64,000 nucleotides of DNA, taken from positions 357,655 to 421,654 of the forward strand of contig NW_015160208.1 of the NCBI RefSeq assembly GCF_001447785.1, written 5' to 3'. Each line of letters opens with the position of its first letter. Positions within the stretch are counted from its first letter, which is position 1. This stretch comes from Gekko japonicus. Lineage: Eukaryota. The notes beneath the pieces are model-generated. The model saw only the letters and a program-made list of their open reading frames with translations, ran no database searches and was not told the DNA's origin. The translations under genes and the position numbers were made by a program. Positions 52,011-64,000 of this stretch are shown piece after piece.

Positions 52011-54788
52011 ACACTGTCAAGGAGTAATGAGCTACAGAGTAGCCCTCAGGCAGGTTTCTGTTCAGGACTCAAAATCGACGAGGTGTTAGCTGAGACGAAG
52101 ATGAAGAAGGCAATGGCATCACCTTCCCGCCACGGGGGAAACACCACAGGCATGCGATTCCATTCATGGGTTTCTCACCCCAGGTAGAGGAAGAGAAGGG
52201 AGACCCTTCAAGTTCAGTGTGAGATCCAACGCCTAACAAGTCTCATCCTTCAGGATTGAATAGGGCTGCCATAACCGAAAACAATAAGCATGGCTATCAA
52301 AATTGGCGGCCGGCTCCTGGCCTTCGCAAGGGTCGGGAGTTTACTCCACAAGACACCAGTGGGCCTTTGTCAGCCCCAAGACTAAAGGCAAGGCAACTTT
52401 ACTGCAAAGCCAAGTCGGCACCTGAAGGGCATAGGTGCCATAGAAGAGGTCCCCAAGGAACAGCACTGCAGAGGAGGGGGCACAGTGGTCTTTGTCATTC
52501 TAAAGCAGTCATGGGACTGGAGAGTCCTACTGAACTTGTGAGGTCGCAACAACAACAACAACAACAAAAAAGAAAGAAAAGGGAACATTCTGGACGAAAT
52601 CCCCGCACCATATCCTGCAGATACTACAGCAAGGGGAACTTCCTGGCCTCCCTGGACTCAAGGAGGATTATATGCATATCCTGGTGCACCCAGACTCCAG
52701 CATTTCCAGTACAAGGCTTTCCTTTGGCCCCCTCCTCAGCACCCAGAGTCTTTACCAGGATCTGGGATGCTATGGTAGCATCACTACACCTAGAAGGGAA
52801 ACTCCACATACACAAGGGTGGCAGCGTCCCGTGCACGCACAGGCCCCTCATCAACAGAGCCTTTCATCCCTACACAGGATCTTGCGCACCTGGGGGGGCA
52901 GCCTGAACACACATCAGGCCACCGTCTCTCTGCCAGAGGGAATAAAGCTAAACATATGGGACGGTGTACGGAGTGTCCAAGATAACAGCAGTCCAGCAGC
53001 ACCTGCCAGTCCTGCAGGGCCTACTAAAATCAATCCTAGATACGATCCCGGGGGCAGGACTCATGAGGGAGTTTGAATGATGGGCAGTACCATCAAACTT
53101 GGGGCAAGACCATCAGCTTCCTCCATTCTCAGCAACAAGGCGGCCCACAGCATCGCCTGCCTTTGCAAAACAGGCTGAGTGGTAGGGACCTGAATCCAGG
53201 AGAAGGGGCCTGGAGCGAGGAAGTCTTTACTCAGATCACACAAGTTTTCAGGACACCTGTGCGGGACCTACTAGCTAGCTCAATGAACTATCAGGTTGAG
53301 AGGTTCCTATCCGGATGCCAGGATCCAGCAGCGGGGCCAGAAGGCAGCCAGTACTCCTTCCTTCCCCCAGTTCTGTTAAGAAGGACGTTCAACAAGATCA
53401 CAAGGGACAGGGCAGAAGTGGCGTTCATGACCGCCCACCAGCAAAGAGGACCATGGGTTCTTGGATCCAGTATACCAGGAAGCTACCTCTGAGAACAGAT
53501 CAGCCGCACCTAGGGCCCATCCTACACCTAGAACCAGCATGGTTACAGTTGACTGCACAGAAATTGTACCAGGCAAGGGGGCCATCAACACAGCGCCCCT
53601 GCAGTCACCCATGGAAGACATTTCAAAATGGGCCTCCGCCAATGGAGTACAACCCTTGGCACCTCCAGTCAGACACAGGTTCCCGACATGGAGACAAAGG
53701 TCCCTGACACGGAGCCTTCTCCAAGGTGCTGCACACATTGACTAAAGCCGATTGTATTACCTCCTTCTGCTCCAATCTGAGTACCCTACAGTACAAACCT
53801 GGCACAACGGGGCGTACGGAGGAGCTCTCTATATTTACCTCCCTTTCACAGGTCAGACCCGCTGTTTGTATAAGAGGGCCCCGTAGACCATAGCGGTCTA
53901 CTGGATTGGACAGTGTATGGCCAAGGCCTACGATGGGGCAAGTACGGGCACTACCAGGTCAGGTGACTGCGCACTCCACAGGAGCATTCTCCAAGCGAGC
54001 AACAGCAGATGGATTCTGCAGAGAGGGTACCTGGGCCTTCTTGTCCACATTGGTGAGGCATTACAGGAGGGTCAGGCGGTGTCCGCTGACGTAGCCTTCG
54101 GCATACCAGTATTACAACAAGTTTTGGAGAGATAAGTCACCCACCCTAGAAGAGAAGCTTGGGTACAGCTAACCACTTCCTGGATGACTTCCCCCCACTG
54201 CAGGAGAACGTACATTGGACCTTACCTGAAGGTTCTTTCTCTTCAGTGTGGGAGAAGTCATCCACATCCCACCCTAGGATGGAAAACTACTAACTCTATT
54301 CAAGCCAAGGGTGGCACGTAGAACACGGAGTGATCGCTCCACTTAATAAATGCAGAAAGAAAGAAGGAGCACAAGAACTGAAATGAAAACAACACAGGGC
54401 TTGGACATAACTGGAGAGGTCAGCCTAGGTCCCTCCAATAGGAGCCACACAATAAAAAAATTTGCATAGCCTATTCAAGCGAGCAGAGGCGTGACCTAAC
54501 CACTTCCTGGATGACTTCTCCCCCACTGAAGAGAAAGAACCTTCAGGTAAGGTCCAGTGTACCATTTCACTTCATCGTGGCTGGCCCCTACTAAAGGGTG
54601 ATAATAGGGGACTGCTCATGGCCCAGGGATGAAACTTTGTTGACATGTTTTTGGTTCTTTGGCTACTAGAATAACAAAACATTCGAGCATATTTGAATCT
54701 TCAACTTTGAGGAAGTCTAAAGCTCTCCCCATTTTGGACCTTGGTTAGAATTTTCATCAGGGTTGAGGAGTGAACTATAAAGAGTCTG

Positions 54789-55462
54789 AGAGAGTCTTTT
54801 GGAATATCCAAAAATAGAAGACACTACCCTCACCCTCTCTCCTCTTGTGGGAGATTGTCATCAAAATCTGCGTGACAGACATTTCTGTCCCAGGGAATAT
54901 TAATTTGCTAGGGGACTTCGATTCTTTAGCAGCTGGAATGAATTCCTATATAAAAAACAAACACTAAAAAAGAAAACTAGTCCTGATGTAGGGATTCAAG
55001 ATTTAGTATTATCATTTCAGTCTTGGAATGATCTTGAAATACTTTTTGTGAGAGCAAATATCATGAAAGTGTGGTTTGGTGGTGAAAGTAAAAGTCTGTT
55101 GTGAGTTTCCCTTCCAGCGTCATAGAGAGTCTTTTGGATTATCCAAAAATAGAAGATACTACCCTCACCCTCTCTCCTCCTGTGGGAGATTGTCATCAAA
55201 ATCTGCGTGACAGACATTTCTGTCCCAGGGAATATTAATTTGCTAGGGGACTTCGAATTTTTTAGCAGCTGGAATGAATTCCTATATAAAAAAACAAACA
55301 CTAAAAAAGAAAACTAGTCCTGATGTGGGGATTCAAGATTTAGTATTATCATTTCAGTCTTGGGATGATCTTGAAATACTTTTTGTGAGAGCAAATATCA
55401 TGAAAGTGTGGTTTGGTGGTGAAAGTAAAAGTCTGTTGTGAGTTTCCCTTCCAGCGTCATAG
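54789..55462 (+). repeat. Direct tandem duplication of about 336 bp
   Basis: 54789-55125 is repeated at 55124-55462 with only a handful of substitutions and indels. Confidence 0.9.
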
Positions 55463-56504
55463 CAATTACTGTGGCCTTTTGCTGTCAGCACATGAGTGAC
55501 TGTGGTCAGCAGTCACATCTCAGCATCTTGCTTACAAAATTCAGGTACACATTTTGCAGCTGGAGTGGCAAGTTGCTCTTGACATTTCCTCTTGTACAAC
55601 ATTGGAGGAAATGAATAAATAGAAATGAATTAACGTGATCTGGATTTTTCTCATTCTTTCTGGAAGAAGTCACTAGCAATAAATGAGAGGCAAATCTGAG
55701 ATTTGAACCTGCAGCCTTCAGGATTTTAGCCATGCAATTCAGCCATGACGCCCATCTCCTTGGAGTGCAAATTGACACTGTTAATCAGATGTCCATCTTT
55801 GCCTTATACAACTTGCAATGCAGAGAGAGACGTGTGTGTGTGTATTCCCCCTCCCCTTCTCCAGGCAGTAAATCAAACACGTAGATTGACAGCAGTGTCC
55901 AAGTACTTGTCCTTGGGATCTGTCTCATAGACACACATGCTTTTGAAACCTTAGCAAATGTAAACTTTTATGTAAGGTCTCTGATTAAAATTACGAATGT
56001 ATAATTTATGTAGATCTGAGTGAATGATTTATATCCTGTTAAGTGGTGATTTAGGTGGAAAATACAGCCCCCACTTGCAGGATCTTTAATGAAAAGTGTC
56101 GCTTCTTATGAATTTATTTCTGAAGCAATGTTTGAGCTTGGCATGTTTGACATAAATCAAGCCTAATTGTCACTTTGTGATTAATGAACATATGCTGGCC
56201 ATTTTTTCCCAATAACTTGCATTCAGTTCATCAGACAAAGTGAAGCAAGTTTAGGCTTTGGCAGGTTCTGTGCCTTTCCTAGAAAAGACGGCAGGATTGC
56301 TTTGGTTTTTCCCTTTTTGTCGGTGCCAGCAGCTAGAGATCTGATTAGAGACTTAGCTCTGCAGATCCAACATGGCAAAGGTTCAAAAATACTGTGTCAC
56401 CGAGCTATTCTGTTACAAAAGCAGCATACTTGTGTTGGATATTGTGTTCTCCTTGCTACTTACTTCATCTGTGGTATTGAGCTTGTTGCTGAATATCTCT
56501 AGAT

Positions 56505-57396
56505 CAGTGATCTTCAGTGGCTTAGGAGCCACATGAGGCTCCCCCACATGCCACCTGTGGCTCTTCTGAGCACCCTTCCCCTATGTGGAATCCACCCCAT
56601 GTTTCATGGCCATTGCCTAGTGGGCTTGTGGGGGGCAGCTGGTTCCCATCATGAAACTGCCACCACCAGAGGGACTGCAGGACCAAGTAAGTTGTGAGCT
56701 TCTCTGAGGTTCAGGCCTCAAGCCAGAGATGTAATTAAAGGGCCCTTCTAACAGCTTCCTCCCTTTTTTGCAGCCTCTGTGCTACCATCCCAGCATCCAG
56801 GCAGTTGCCACAGAGCTGGGGTGGCTGCAGAAAAGAGAAAGTAAAGCCATTACTGCGGCCAGCTTCCTCTCCTTTGCAGTGGGAAGCCTGAGCACCCTTC
56901 ACTTCTTTCACTGCCTTCTCTCCCTCCCTCCCTCCCTGTCGTGAGGGAGACGTCTCACTCTCATCTGAGCTGTGAGCCTCATTCCAGGGAGAACAAGAAG
57001 ACAGCGAGGGAAGGGAAGGGGAGGGTGCAGAGGTTTCCCACTGCAGGGGCCTGCAGCAGTAGTGACTTCAGGCCTCCCGTCAGAGTGCTCATGGCCTGAC
57101 CTGAGCCGACTTCTGCAGTAGGCAGCCACGGCACCCCTTACTTCCCTCTCTGCCTCCTGGCTCTATTCCCACCACTCCATTTGCAAGGGCTAGTTATGGT
57201 TCAGCTGTGGTGGGGAGAGACAACCCTTTATGCTCACATGTAGGGTGCTGCAATGATTTAAATGGTCATAGTTACATATTTACTGTATGTATACGTTTGG
57301 GGTGGCACACACAGGGCATGCACTAGTCATGCGGCTCTCTTTGTTGACGAGAGGTGTGAATGTGGCTGTCCATGAGCTGTGGAGTGAGTACCGCTG
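56505..57396. mobile_element. Old hAT-type non-autonomous element
   Basis: cagtgatcttca...tgagtaccgctg ends; TSD ctctagat / ctctaggc. Confidence 0.6.
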
Positions 57397-58204
57397 CTCT
57401 AGGCCTTGTAAAAGATTCAGTAACCTTCTTTTCTTGGAAAAGCTTTGTAAACATCATCCCAGGGAGTGTGATGCCTGTAACTGTTTAGTCTACTTTCTGT
57501 TCGGCTTTTCTTCCTTGGGACTGGATCTTTACCTGAGCTGGAGTAGGAAATGGCCATGCTGAATACCTGAGGGAGCATCCTTTCATTGGTGAAGAGTGCA
57601 GAAATTTCCTTTGCCTAGCCCTTAGTATCTACAGAGGTGCAGGGAAACCACCAGGTGCTTTAGATACAAATAAATGCTTGCCTCATCTGTAATCTGCCAG
57701 TATTAAGGAAGAAAGGAAATCCCCACTGATCTGGAATGTCAACAAAAGTGCACCTGACTAGTTTTTGATCAAAGGTCAAATCAGATTTTACAGGGGATGA
57801 GCCGCCCACTCCCAGGCTTTTTTCTTAGCTCAGCTCACTCTCAGTAGTGGATCCGAGCTGCATAGGGATGTCTGAAACAATGGAGTGTGAAGAAAGCATT
57901 GTTGTTTTTTAAAAGCTTCTCACCCACACACCACATTCCATTTTAAGGTACATCTCACTGTGAACAGCACACTCTGTTTCTAGTTTGACCTGTAGAGAAG
58001 TGTGTAATGGGCAGAGTTTCAGGTAGGGAACAGAACACTAGGGAGGGGGGATAAATTCCCACATTAATATAGAACGAATGTGATTGAAAGTCCAGTCAGT
58101 TGTAACGTGTGATGTAGAAAGAATCCTTAATGATCAGTTTGAGCATGCTTCCCTGCCCCCCCCCCCCAGCAATCCTTCATTTATATGGGAGGCTGCAAGA
58201 ACGG

Positions 58205-58392
58205 GGTGCAACTGTGGCTCGGTGGTAGAGTAACCTGCTCTGCATGGCGAAGATCCCAGGTCCTGTCCCTGGCATGTTCAGTCAAGAGGGACAGGTAGAA
58301 GATGATGTGAGACCCTGCAGATCTGCTGCTAGTGAGAGTAAAGAATGCTGAGCTTCATGGTCTAACTCTGTATAAGGTGCCTTCAAGTGTTC
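58205..58392 (+). mobile_element. Degenerate tRNA-derived SINE
   Basis: gtggctcggtggtagag A-box head, cccaggtcc B-box-like motif, CR1-like tail. Confidence 0.55.
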
Positions 58393-58634
58393 AGTGGGCG
58401 CTGCAGTTGTGAATGCTGTGGCAACACAATCAAAGAAGGAAAGTTTTGGACCACAAGTTTATAATAACTGGGCTAGTGATTGCAATTTAAAGGTCTTATG
58501 TGCATATTTACTTTGTGCCTGGTGATTTTACTTTTGAACAATTTACTTTATGGTCTTCATTGAATCTGTACTTTGTATATATTTCTGATTGTGTTTATGT
58601 AAAAATAATTATTAACCATCTTGCCACATATGTA

Positions 58635-58677
58635 TGACCTCTGAGGAAGGCCTATTTGGCCGAAACGTGTAAGGTCA
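58635..58677 (+). ncRNA. Minimal type I hammerhead ribozyme motif in a Penelope-like pLTR
   Basis: TGACCT-CTGAGGA-A-GGCC(tattt)GGCC-GAAA-C(gt)G-TA-AGGTCA: perfect 6-bp stem I, 4-bp stem II, intact core, GUA cleavage triplet. Confidence 0.7.
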
Positions 58678-58968
58678 ACTTTGTAAGCCCTTGATATTGT
58701 TATATTTTATATACATTGGTTGTAAATGGGCCTCTATATATGTTTTAAAATTTGTTCTTATTATTAATAAATACATGTACCTCTTTTTATCTTTTATGGA
58801 AAGGTTTTAACATTGGCCCTCCTTTTCACTAACCTTTGCTTGGTTTTGGAGTTCATTGTTAGGTTCAGTGTTTTTTTCCCCCTTGGTTTCTGCTTGCAGA
58901 ATTATACAGCCCTGTGAATGCTGAAAATTTTCAATGCAATCTTGTACACGGAAGGTGCTGTGTGGAAA

Positions 58969-58974
<6 letters not shown>

Positions 58975-59022
<48 letters not shown>
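58975..59022 (+). repeat. (GA)n microsatellite
   Basis: Read directly from the sequence. Confidence 0.95.
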
Positions 59023-59027
<5 letters not shown>

Positions 59028-59099
59028 TGTTTTGCATGTCTGAAAATAGCCTGAAGGGAGTCTGATACTTGATGCCATTCGCTAACATCTAGTGTCAGC

Positions 59100-59308
59100 C
59101 TGCCCTGGATGGCCCAGGCTTGCCCAGTCTCATCAGATCTTGGAAGCTAAGCAGGGTCATCTCTGGTCAGTATTTGGATGGGAGACAGCCAAGGAATGCC
59201 AGGGTCGCTATGCAGAGGCAGGCAGTGGCAAAACCACCTCTGAACGTCTCTTGCCTTGAAACCCCTACAGGGCTGCCATAAGTCAAGCTGTGGCCAAAAA
59301 AAAAAAAG
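59100..59308 (+). mobile_element. 5S rRNA-derived SINE (SINE3)
   Basis: gatcttggaagctaagcagggtc...gtatttggatgggagac matches the 5S internal promoter region, followed by an RTE-like tail and an A-run. Confidence 0.8.
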
Positions 59309-59499
59309 TTCCAGTCAGCCAGCATCAAGTGGGTCACTATGCTAGATTGGCCAGCTGTATGATATATGAGGGTCAAGTTAAATAGCTCCTGTTTTTGTGT
59401 TACAGTTTTGTTTTGTTGTTGGTAAAAAGCCTACTTAGTTATAATAGAAAAAAGTATTTCATAGAACTGTGAAACATTATTTTTTCTACAGAAGCATTC

Positions 59500-59793
59500 C
59501 CAGTTTGGTGTAGTGGTTAGGAGCGTGGACTCTAATCTGGGAGAATCAGGTTTGATTCCCCATTCCTCCACATGCAGCTGCTGGTGTGACCTTGGGTCAG
59601 TCATAAGTTCTTTCAGAACTGTTCTCTCAAGGGCAGTTCTCGAGAGAGCTCTCTCAGCCCCACCTACCTCACAGAGTGTCTGTTGTGGGGACGGAAAGGG
59701 AAAGGGATCGTAAGCTGCTCTGAGACTCCTTCAGGTAACAAAGGGCAGGGTATAAATCCAATCTCCTCGTCGTCCTCGTCGTCTTCATCTTCT
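59500..59793 (+). mobile_element. tRNA-derived SINE (Squam3-like)
   Basis: ccagtttggtgtagtggttagg head; tail mutated to (TCG/TCC)n. Confidence 0.8.
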
Positions 59794-59950
59794 GGGGTGG
59801 GCTGACTTCTGTGTTGCATGGTCCATTTTTTTAAAAAATAAAAATTTAAATCCCTGTGCGCCACTGATGTGTATTAAGTTTTTGAAGCATTTCAACAGAT
59901 AAAGCATAACTGATATGTTTTAAGTAAGCCCAAGTGTGCTCTCTTGTTTA

Positions 59951-60241
59951 AGAGAAGAAGAAGAAGAGAAGAAGAGATTGGATTTATACCCCGCCCTTCA
60001 CTTGGAGTCTCAGAGCGGCTTACAAACTTCTTTCCCTTCCCCTCCCCACAACAGACACCCTGTGAGGTGGGTGGGGCTGAGAGAACTCTGACACAAACTG
60101 CTCTTTTTCAAGGACAGCTGTGCCAGAGCTTGTGACTGACCCAAGGTCACATCAGCAGGTGCAAGTGGAGGAGTGGGGAACCAAACCCGGTTCTCCCAGA
60201 TTAGAGTCCGCACACTTAACCACTACACCAAACTGGCTCTC
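59951..60241 (-). mobile_element. tRNA-derived SINE (Squam3-like)
   Basis: Reverse orientation relative to 59500-59793; near-identical to 39534-39808. Confidence 0.8.
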
Positions 60242-60477
60242 GAGGACAAGTGCCTCGCTGGATAAGGTCCAACTCTGCTCAGGACAGCCTATTCCTTGGG
60301 AGAATCCAATCCTGTCTTCCAGCAGGTACCTTTGCTGGATCAGATCCACTAAAATTTTGTCAGTGGTTTCATCCATAGGCAGACCACAATCTACCTTCTG
60401 CCCATTCTGGTCTGCTGTTCCTTAGTGGCTGTGCATTAATCGTTCTGTCTAACCGGTGGACTTCTGTTCATTTCCAG

Positions 60478-60549
60478 GATATAGACAAGTTCGGCAATGA
60501 GATCACTCAGCTAGCCCGTCCGCTCCCTGTCGAGTACCTAATAATTGAT
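60478..60549 (+). CDS. NPLOC4: NPLOC4 exon 13 (DIDKFGNEITQLARPLPVEYLIID)
   Basis: ttccag|GAT...GAT|gtaagt, 72 nt. Confidence 0.95.
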
Positions 60550-62375
60550 GTAAGTATCTACTGTGCTTGTCTGTTTCTTTTGCAGAAGAAAACATAAATG
60601 GAGCAAAATTCATCCCAAGGCTAAAACTGGAACTCTCACATTATTCTTTACTGTGCCCCGCTGTTAGCAGGCAGCTTGTGACTTGTTTGCAGGTTTTCCT
60701 TTGGGGTAGTGGCAGTATGAAACCTGAGGGAAGCATTTGGCTTTCGAGTTAGGCACTGTTTGGAGCATCTCCCACGGCTTCTATGAAATGATGTTTATCC
60801 ATTAGATGAGTAGAAACTGTCACACCCCCGCCCCCACAGAGATGCTGGCGATTACATCATCAGGAGCTTGTTAGTAAGTGTCTGCTGCGCCTTTCGCAGG
60901 AGTTTTGTAGTGACTGAGCCAGACAGGACTTGAATGCCTGTGGCATCTCTGCTGCCATCAGCCGAGTAAAATAACTTGGGTAAAATAGCTCACCTGCAGT
61001 ACAGTGGCAGGCTCCCTTCCACAGGGAAGTGGGCTCATTTCTGGCATCAAGTAAGGATGGGGTATGGTACCTCTCTGTGTATCAACGACCTTACCTTAGT
61101 TAATAAAAACATTGTAAATATAAACACATCTGTTAAGTTAGCATTAAAATGATGAAGGGGACAAAGCATTTTGCAGGATAGAAGAGTATAATACAACTGA
61201 GTTTACCAGCAGAAGATCAGATGGGGAGAGTAGCCACAGTAGTCTAAAATAATTGAATCCAAAGAGATCTGGTGCAGCAGCCTGTAGTGGGGGCTACAGA
61301 GTTTCCCTTGTTCTTCCTCCTTTCCCATTTAGTCACTTAAATTGCAGGCATAGTTAATTGGGGCTGAAGGCATTTCATGTCCAATTCATGCAGTTGAGGT
61401 ATTTTGCCTTTTGCAGCAGTGGTGGCCATTGTGTTGAGCCTGCCAATGTTCCATTTCAGCTGATAGCCCTGAAACATATTTATTACCCAAGCCGCAAAGG
61501 CATCTGTTTTTTGACTACCTGGGGTATAATTAAGATGAAAACAGATTGACAGAGCATGCATTTAGGAGGAGTTGAAAGAGAGATTAGAAACTGAATTTCT
61601 GAAGCTTCTTTACAATGTCTCACCTTTCTATTATTCTATTATAACTTGCACTGTTTCTGCACCTTTGGTGTCCGTTACAAATTGTGCCAATTCCTGATTG
61701 AAAAGCCCTTTGCTGGCAAGGCCTCCAGCTCAATAGAATCATGGTTGGGATATGACAGTGTTTCTCTGTGAAATGCAACAGCCTGTAATATTAGTCTTCC
61801 TCAGGCAACTTGTGTGGGATCAGCAAGCATGGTGTTCTTCCCGCTGAAAGAGAGTAGGAATACAAAAAGCTGGCAAAGCACCCAAACTGCCCGGAAGAAG
61901 GATGGTGGCTATGTGTCTGAATTTTAATATTTGGCAATGCTTTTTAGAGTCTGCATGGCCACTCTGGGAGGAGAGGAGCTTAAACTCCTCATGGGTTCAG
62001 CCCCAGCAATTGTAGCAGCATCTGTCTAAGGGAGGGTTGCTCTTGACTCCCTTGTGCAAGCCTGTATAATCCTGAGTAGCCCTAACTGTTTGAAATAGAA
62101 TTTCCTGTCGCAGTCTACTCTTTTCACCATGCATGTTGAAGCATCACTTGGGGAAAAGAGATGAGGATAAAATGTATGTAAATGAGAGTAAATGTGAGAA
62201 GCCTTAAGAAACATCACCTCTTGGTCTCCCACTGCCCTTCCCAGCTGGGTCCCTAGCTCTCAGCCAGGGAAAGCATTTGACTGAAGTCTACATCTGCCAC
62301 ATACCTGGCCATGGTTTCTTACACTTCATGGGCTATGCTTTGAATAGTCACCTTTTGTCTTATTTTTTTTTAAAG

Positions 62376-62471
62376 ATTACTACTACGTTCCCAAAGGATC
62401 CAGTTTATACATTTTCTATTTCTCAAAATCCATTCCCTATTGAGAATCGTGATGTGCTCGGAGAAACACAG
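62376..62471 (+). CDS. NPLOC4: NPLOC4 exon 14 (ITTTFPKDPVYTFSISQNPFPIENRDVLGETQ); the gene continues beyond the window
   Basis: taaag|ATT...CAG|gtaaga, 96 nt. Confidence 0.95.
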
Positions 62472-62707
62472 GTAAGAGGTTGGAGGGAAGGGATTAACAG
62501 CCCTACATAACAGAACTGACTTTTTCTTCAAAGGTACCGGGAATTGTACAAAAAAAATGATAAGCAGTCAAAAATCTAAGTGACTGTTCTAATCTCTGAT
62601 TCCCTTTTGAGTTTGTTTTGTTGCTGAATATGTTGGTGGGGAGTGGTTCAGTGGAGAGAAGCTGCTCTTAATTATCATGGCAAATACACTGAAAGGAAGA
62701 GGTGGTT

Positions 62708-63303
62708 TATAGAATCATAGAGTTGGAAGGGACCTCCAGGGTCAACTAGTCAAACCACCAGCACAATGCAAGGAAATTCACAAATATGCCCCCACGCCCC
62801 CAGTGACCACTGTTTCATGCCCAGAAGATGACAAAAAGCCTCCAGGATCTCCAGCCAAATTGGCCTGGAGAAAAATTGCTTCTTGACCCCAAAGTGGTGA
62901 TCGATATTTCCCTGGGCATGTAAGACAGGGCCACAAGAACTAAGCACTGAGGCAACCCGTCCTGCCCTCCCTCTCATGATCTGCCTAAATTCACAGAATC
63001 AGCATTGCTGACAGATGGCCATCTAGCCTCTGTTTGAAAACCTCCAAAGAAGGAGAGCCCACCACCTCCCAAGGAAGCCTGTTCCACTGAGGAATCACTC
63101 TAACTGTCAGGAAGTTCTTCCAAATGTTTAGCCGAAAACTGTTCTGATTTAATTTCAACCTGTTGGTTCTGGTCCAACCTTCTGGGGCAACAGAGAACAA
63201 TTCTGTATCATCCTCTGTATGACAGCCCTTCAAGTACTTATCATATTACCTCTCAATCATCTCCTCTCCAGGCTAAACAATACCCAGCTGCTTCAACCTT
63301 TCC
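62708..63303 (-). mobile_element. CR1 3' fragment
   Basis: atagaatcatagagttggaaggg terminus; minus-strand FRLNIWKNFLTVRVIPQWNRLPWEVVGSPSLEVFKQRLD. Confidence 0.9.
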
Positions 63304-64000
63304 TTTTTAAAAAAATTATTTTTTCCTAAAACACTACAAGAAAAATATGGTCGAGGAACTATAAACTACAGGCGAAAGTAAAGAAAAACCACTAAAAACG
63401 CAAGAGGTGGTGGTCGTACAATGGTTACAATACAAAGCTTATAATAAAAATAAAATATTGGTTACATTAAATGTGATCATTAAATTCGCTTATATGTTTC
63501 AAATCCAGAACTTCTGACTTCTTAAAGAACAATACAAAATAACTCTTATATGTTATTAACAAAGAATAAAAAACAGACTTCAGAAAAAATTAGCATCTCA
63601 TTTTTTGTCTTTTCTTTCCCTCAAACGAAGTCCAAGATAACAGATCCTCTTGTTTCCCTGTCCACTTTCTGGAAAATGAATTGTCAGCAAGACAAGGCAG
63701 GAATTTATTGGCCTTTTCATTTTTAGCACAGTTGGACTTACAACAGATATCCAGATAAATGAAATATCCCATGACCACCGTGTCTCATCTCTTTGAGAAC
63801 TCTGTAATCTGTTCTAGGAGTGTCTCAATCCAAGTCCTCTGTCTGGCTTGGTGGTCTACAGTAGACCCCCACCATAATATCACTATTATTTCTTACACCT
63901 TTTATTTTTACCCAGAGACTCTCAATTGGACTTTCATGCTCAGATTCACATATTTCCTCACAAGTATATACCTTCTTTACGTATAATGTGACTCCTCTGC

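Larger units (their letters stand above)
49456..54562 (+). mobile_element. Decayed DIRS1-type tyrosine-recombinase retrotransposon with ITRs and ICR
   Basis: Inverted terminal repeats at 49456-49583 and 54409-54535; ICR at 54170-54264 complementary to both ends; relics of RT (FLASLD...SSAPRVFT), MT-like (P.RDLLAS..N; YSFLPP) and YR (AHST...TW..LSTLVRHYR) domains. Confidence 0.9.

Noticed and set aside
49668-54135. Cluster of overlapping ORFs as novel genes
   Set aside because: GC-rich, frameshifted DIRS gag/RT/MT/YR relics and SINE inserts
59100-59210. 5S rRNA gene
   Set aside because: Divergent 5' end, many substitutions, fused to an RTE-like tail and A-run: a 5S-derived SINE

Overview
Vertebrate (squamate, most likely gecko, judged from the Sauria SINE, Squam3-like SINE, CR1 and Penelope content) genomic window. 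It contains the CpG-island promoter and coding exons 1-14 of NPLOC4 (p97/VCP-UFD1 cofactor NPL4) on the + strand, starting at ATG 5052; the gene runs past the right edge. All 14 exons join in frame, and intron 12 (about 21.4 kb) uses a GC donor. The introns are rich in transposable elements: CR1, L2, L1-like and RTE-like LINE fragments, several SINE families, hAT-type MITEs, a solo LTR, Penelope fragments and a structurally complete but decayed DIRS element. The most notable items are: (1) an intact, intronless, antisense SKA2-like retrogene (41888-42304) with a poly(A) signal and target-site duplication, inserted into a Penelope-derived hammerhead-bearing palindrome; (2) sense-strand minimal hammerhead ribozyme motifs in NPLOC4 introns 9 and 12; and (3) the DIRS element with inverted terminal repeats and an internal complementary region. 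Homology calls are from recall and visual comparison; no searches were run.
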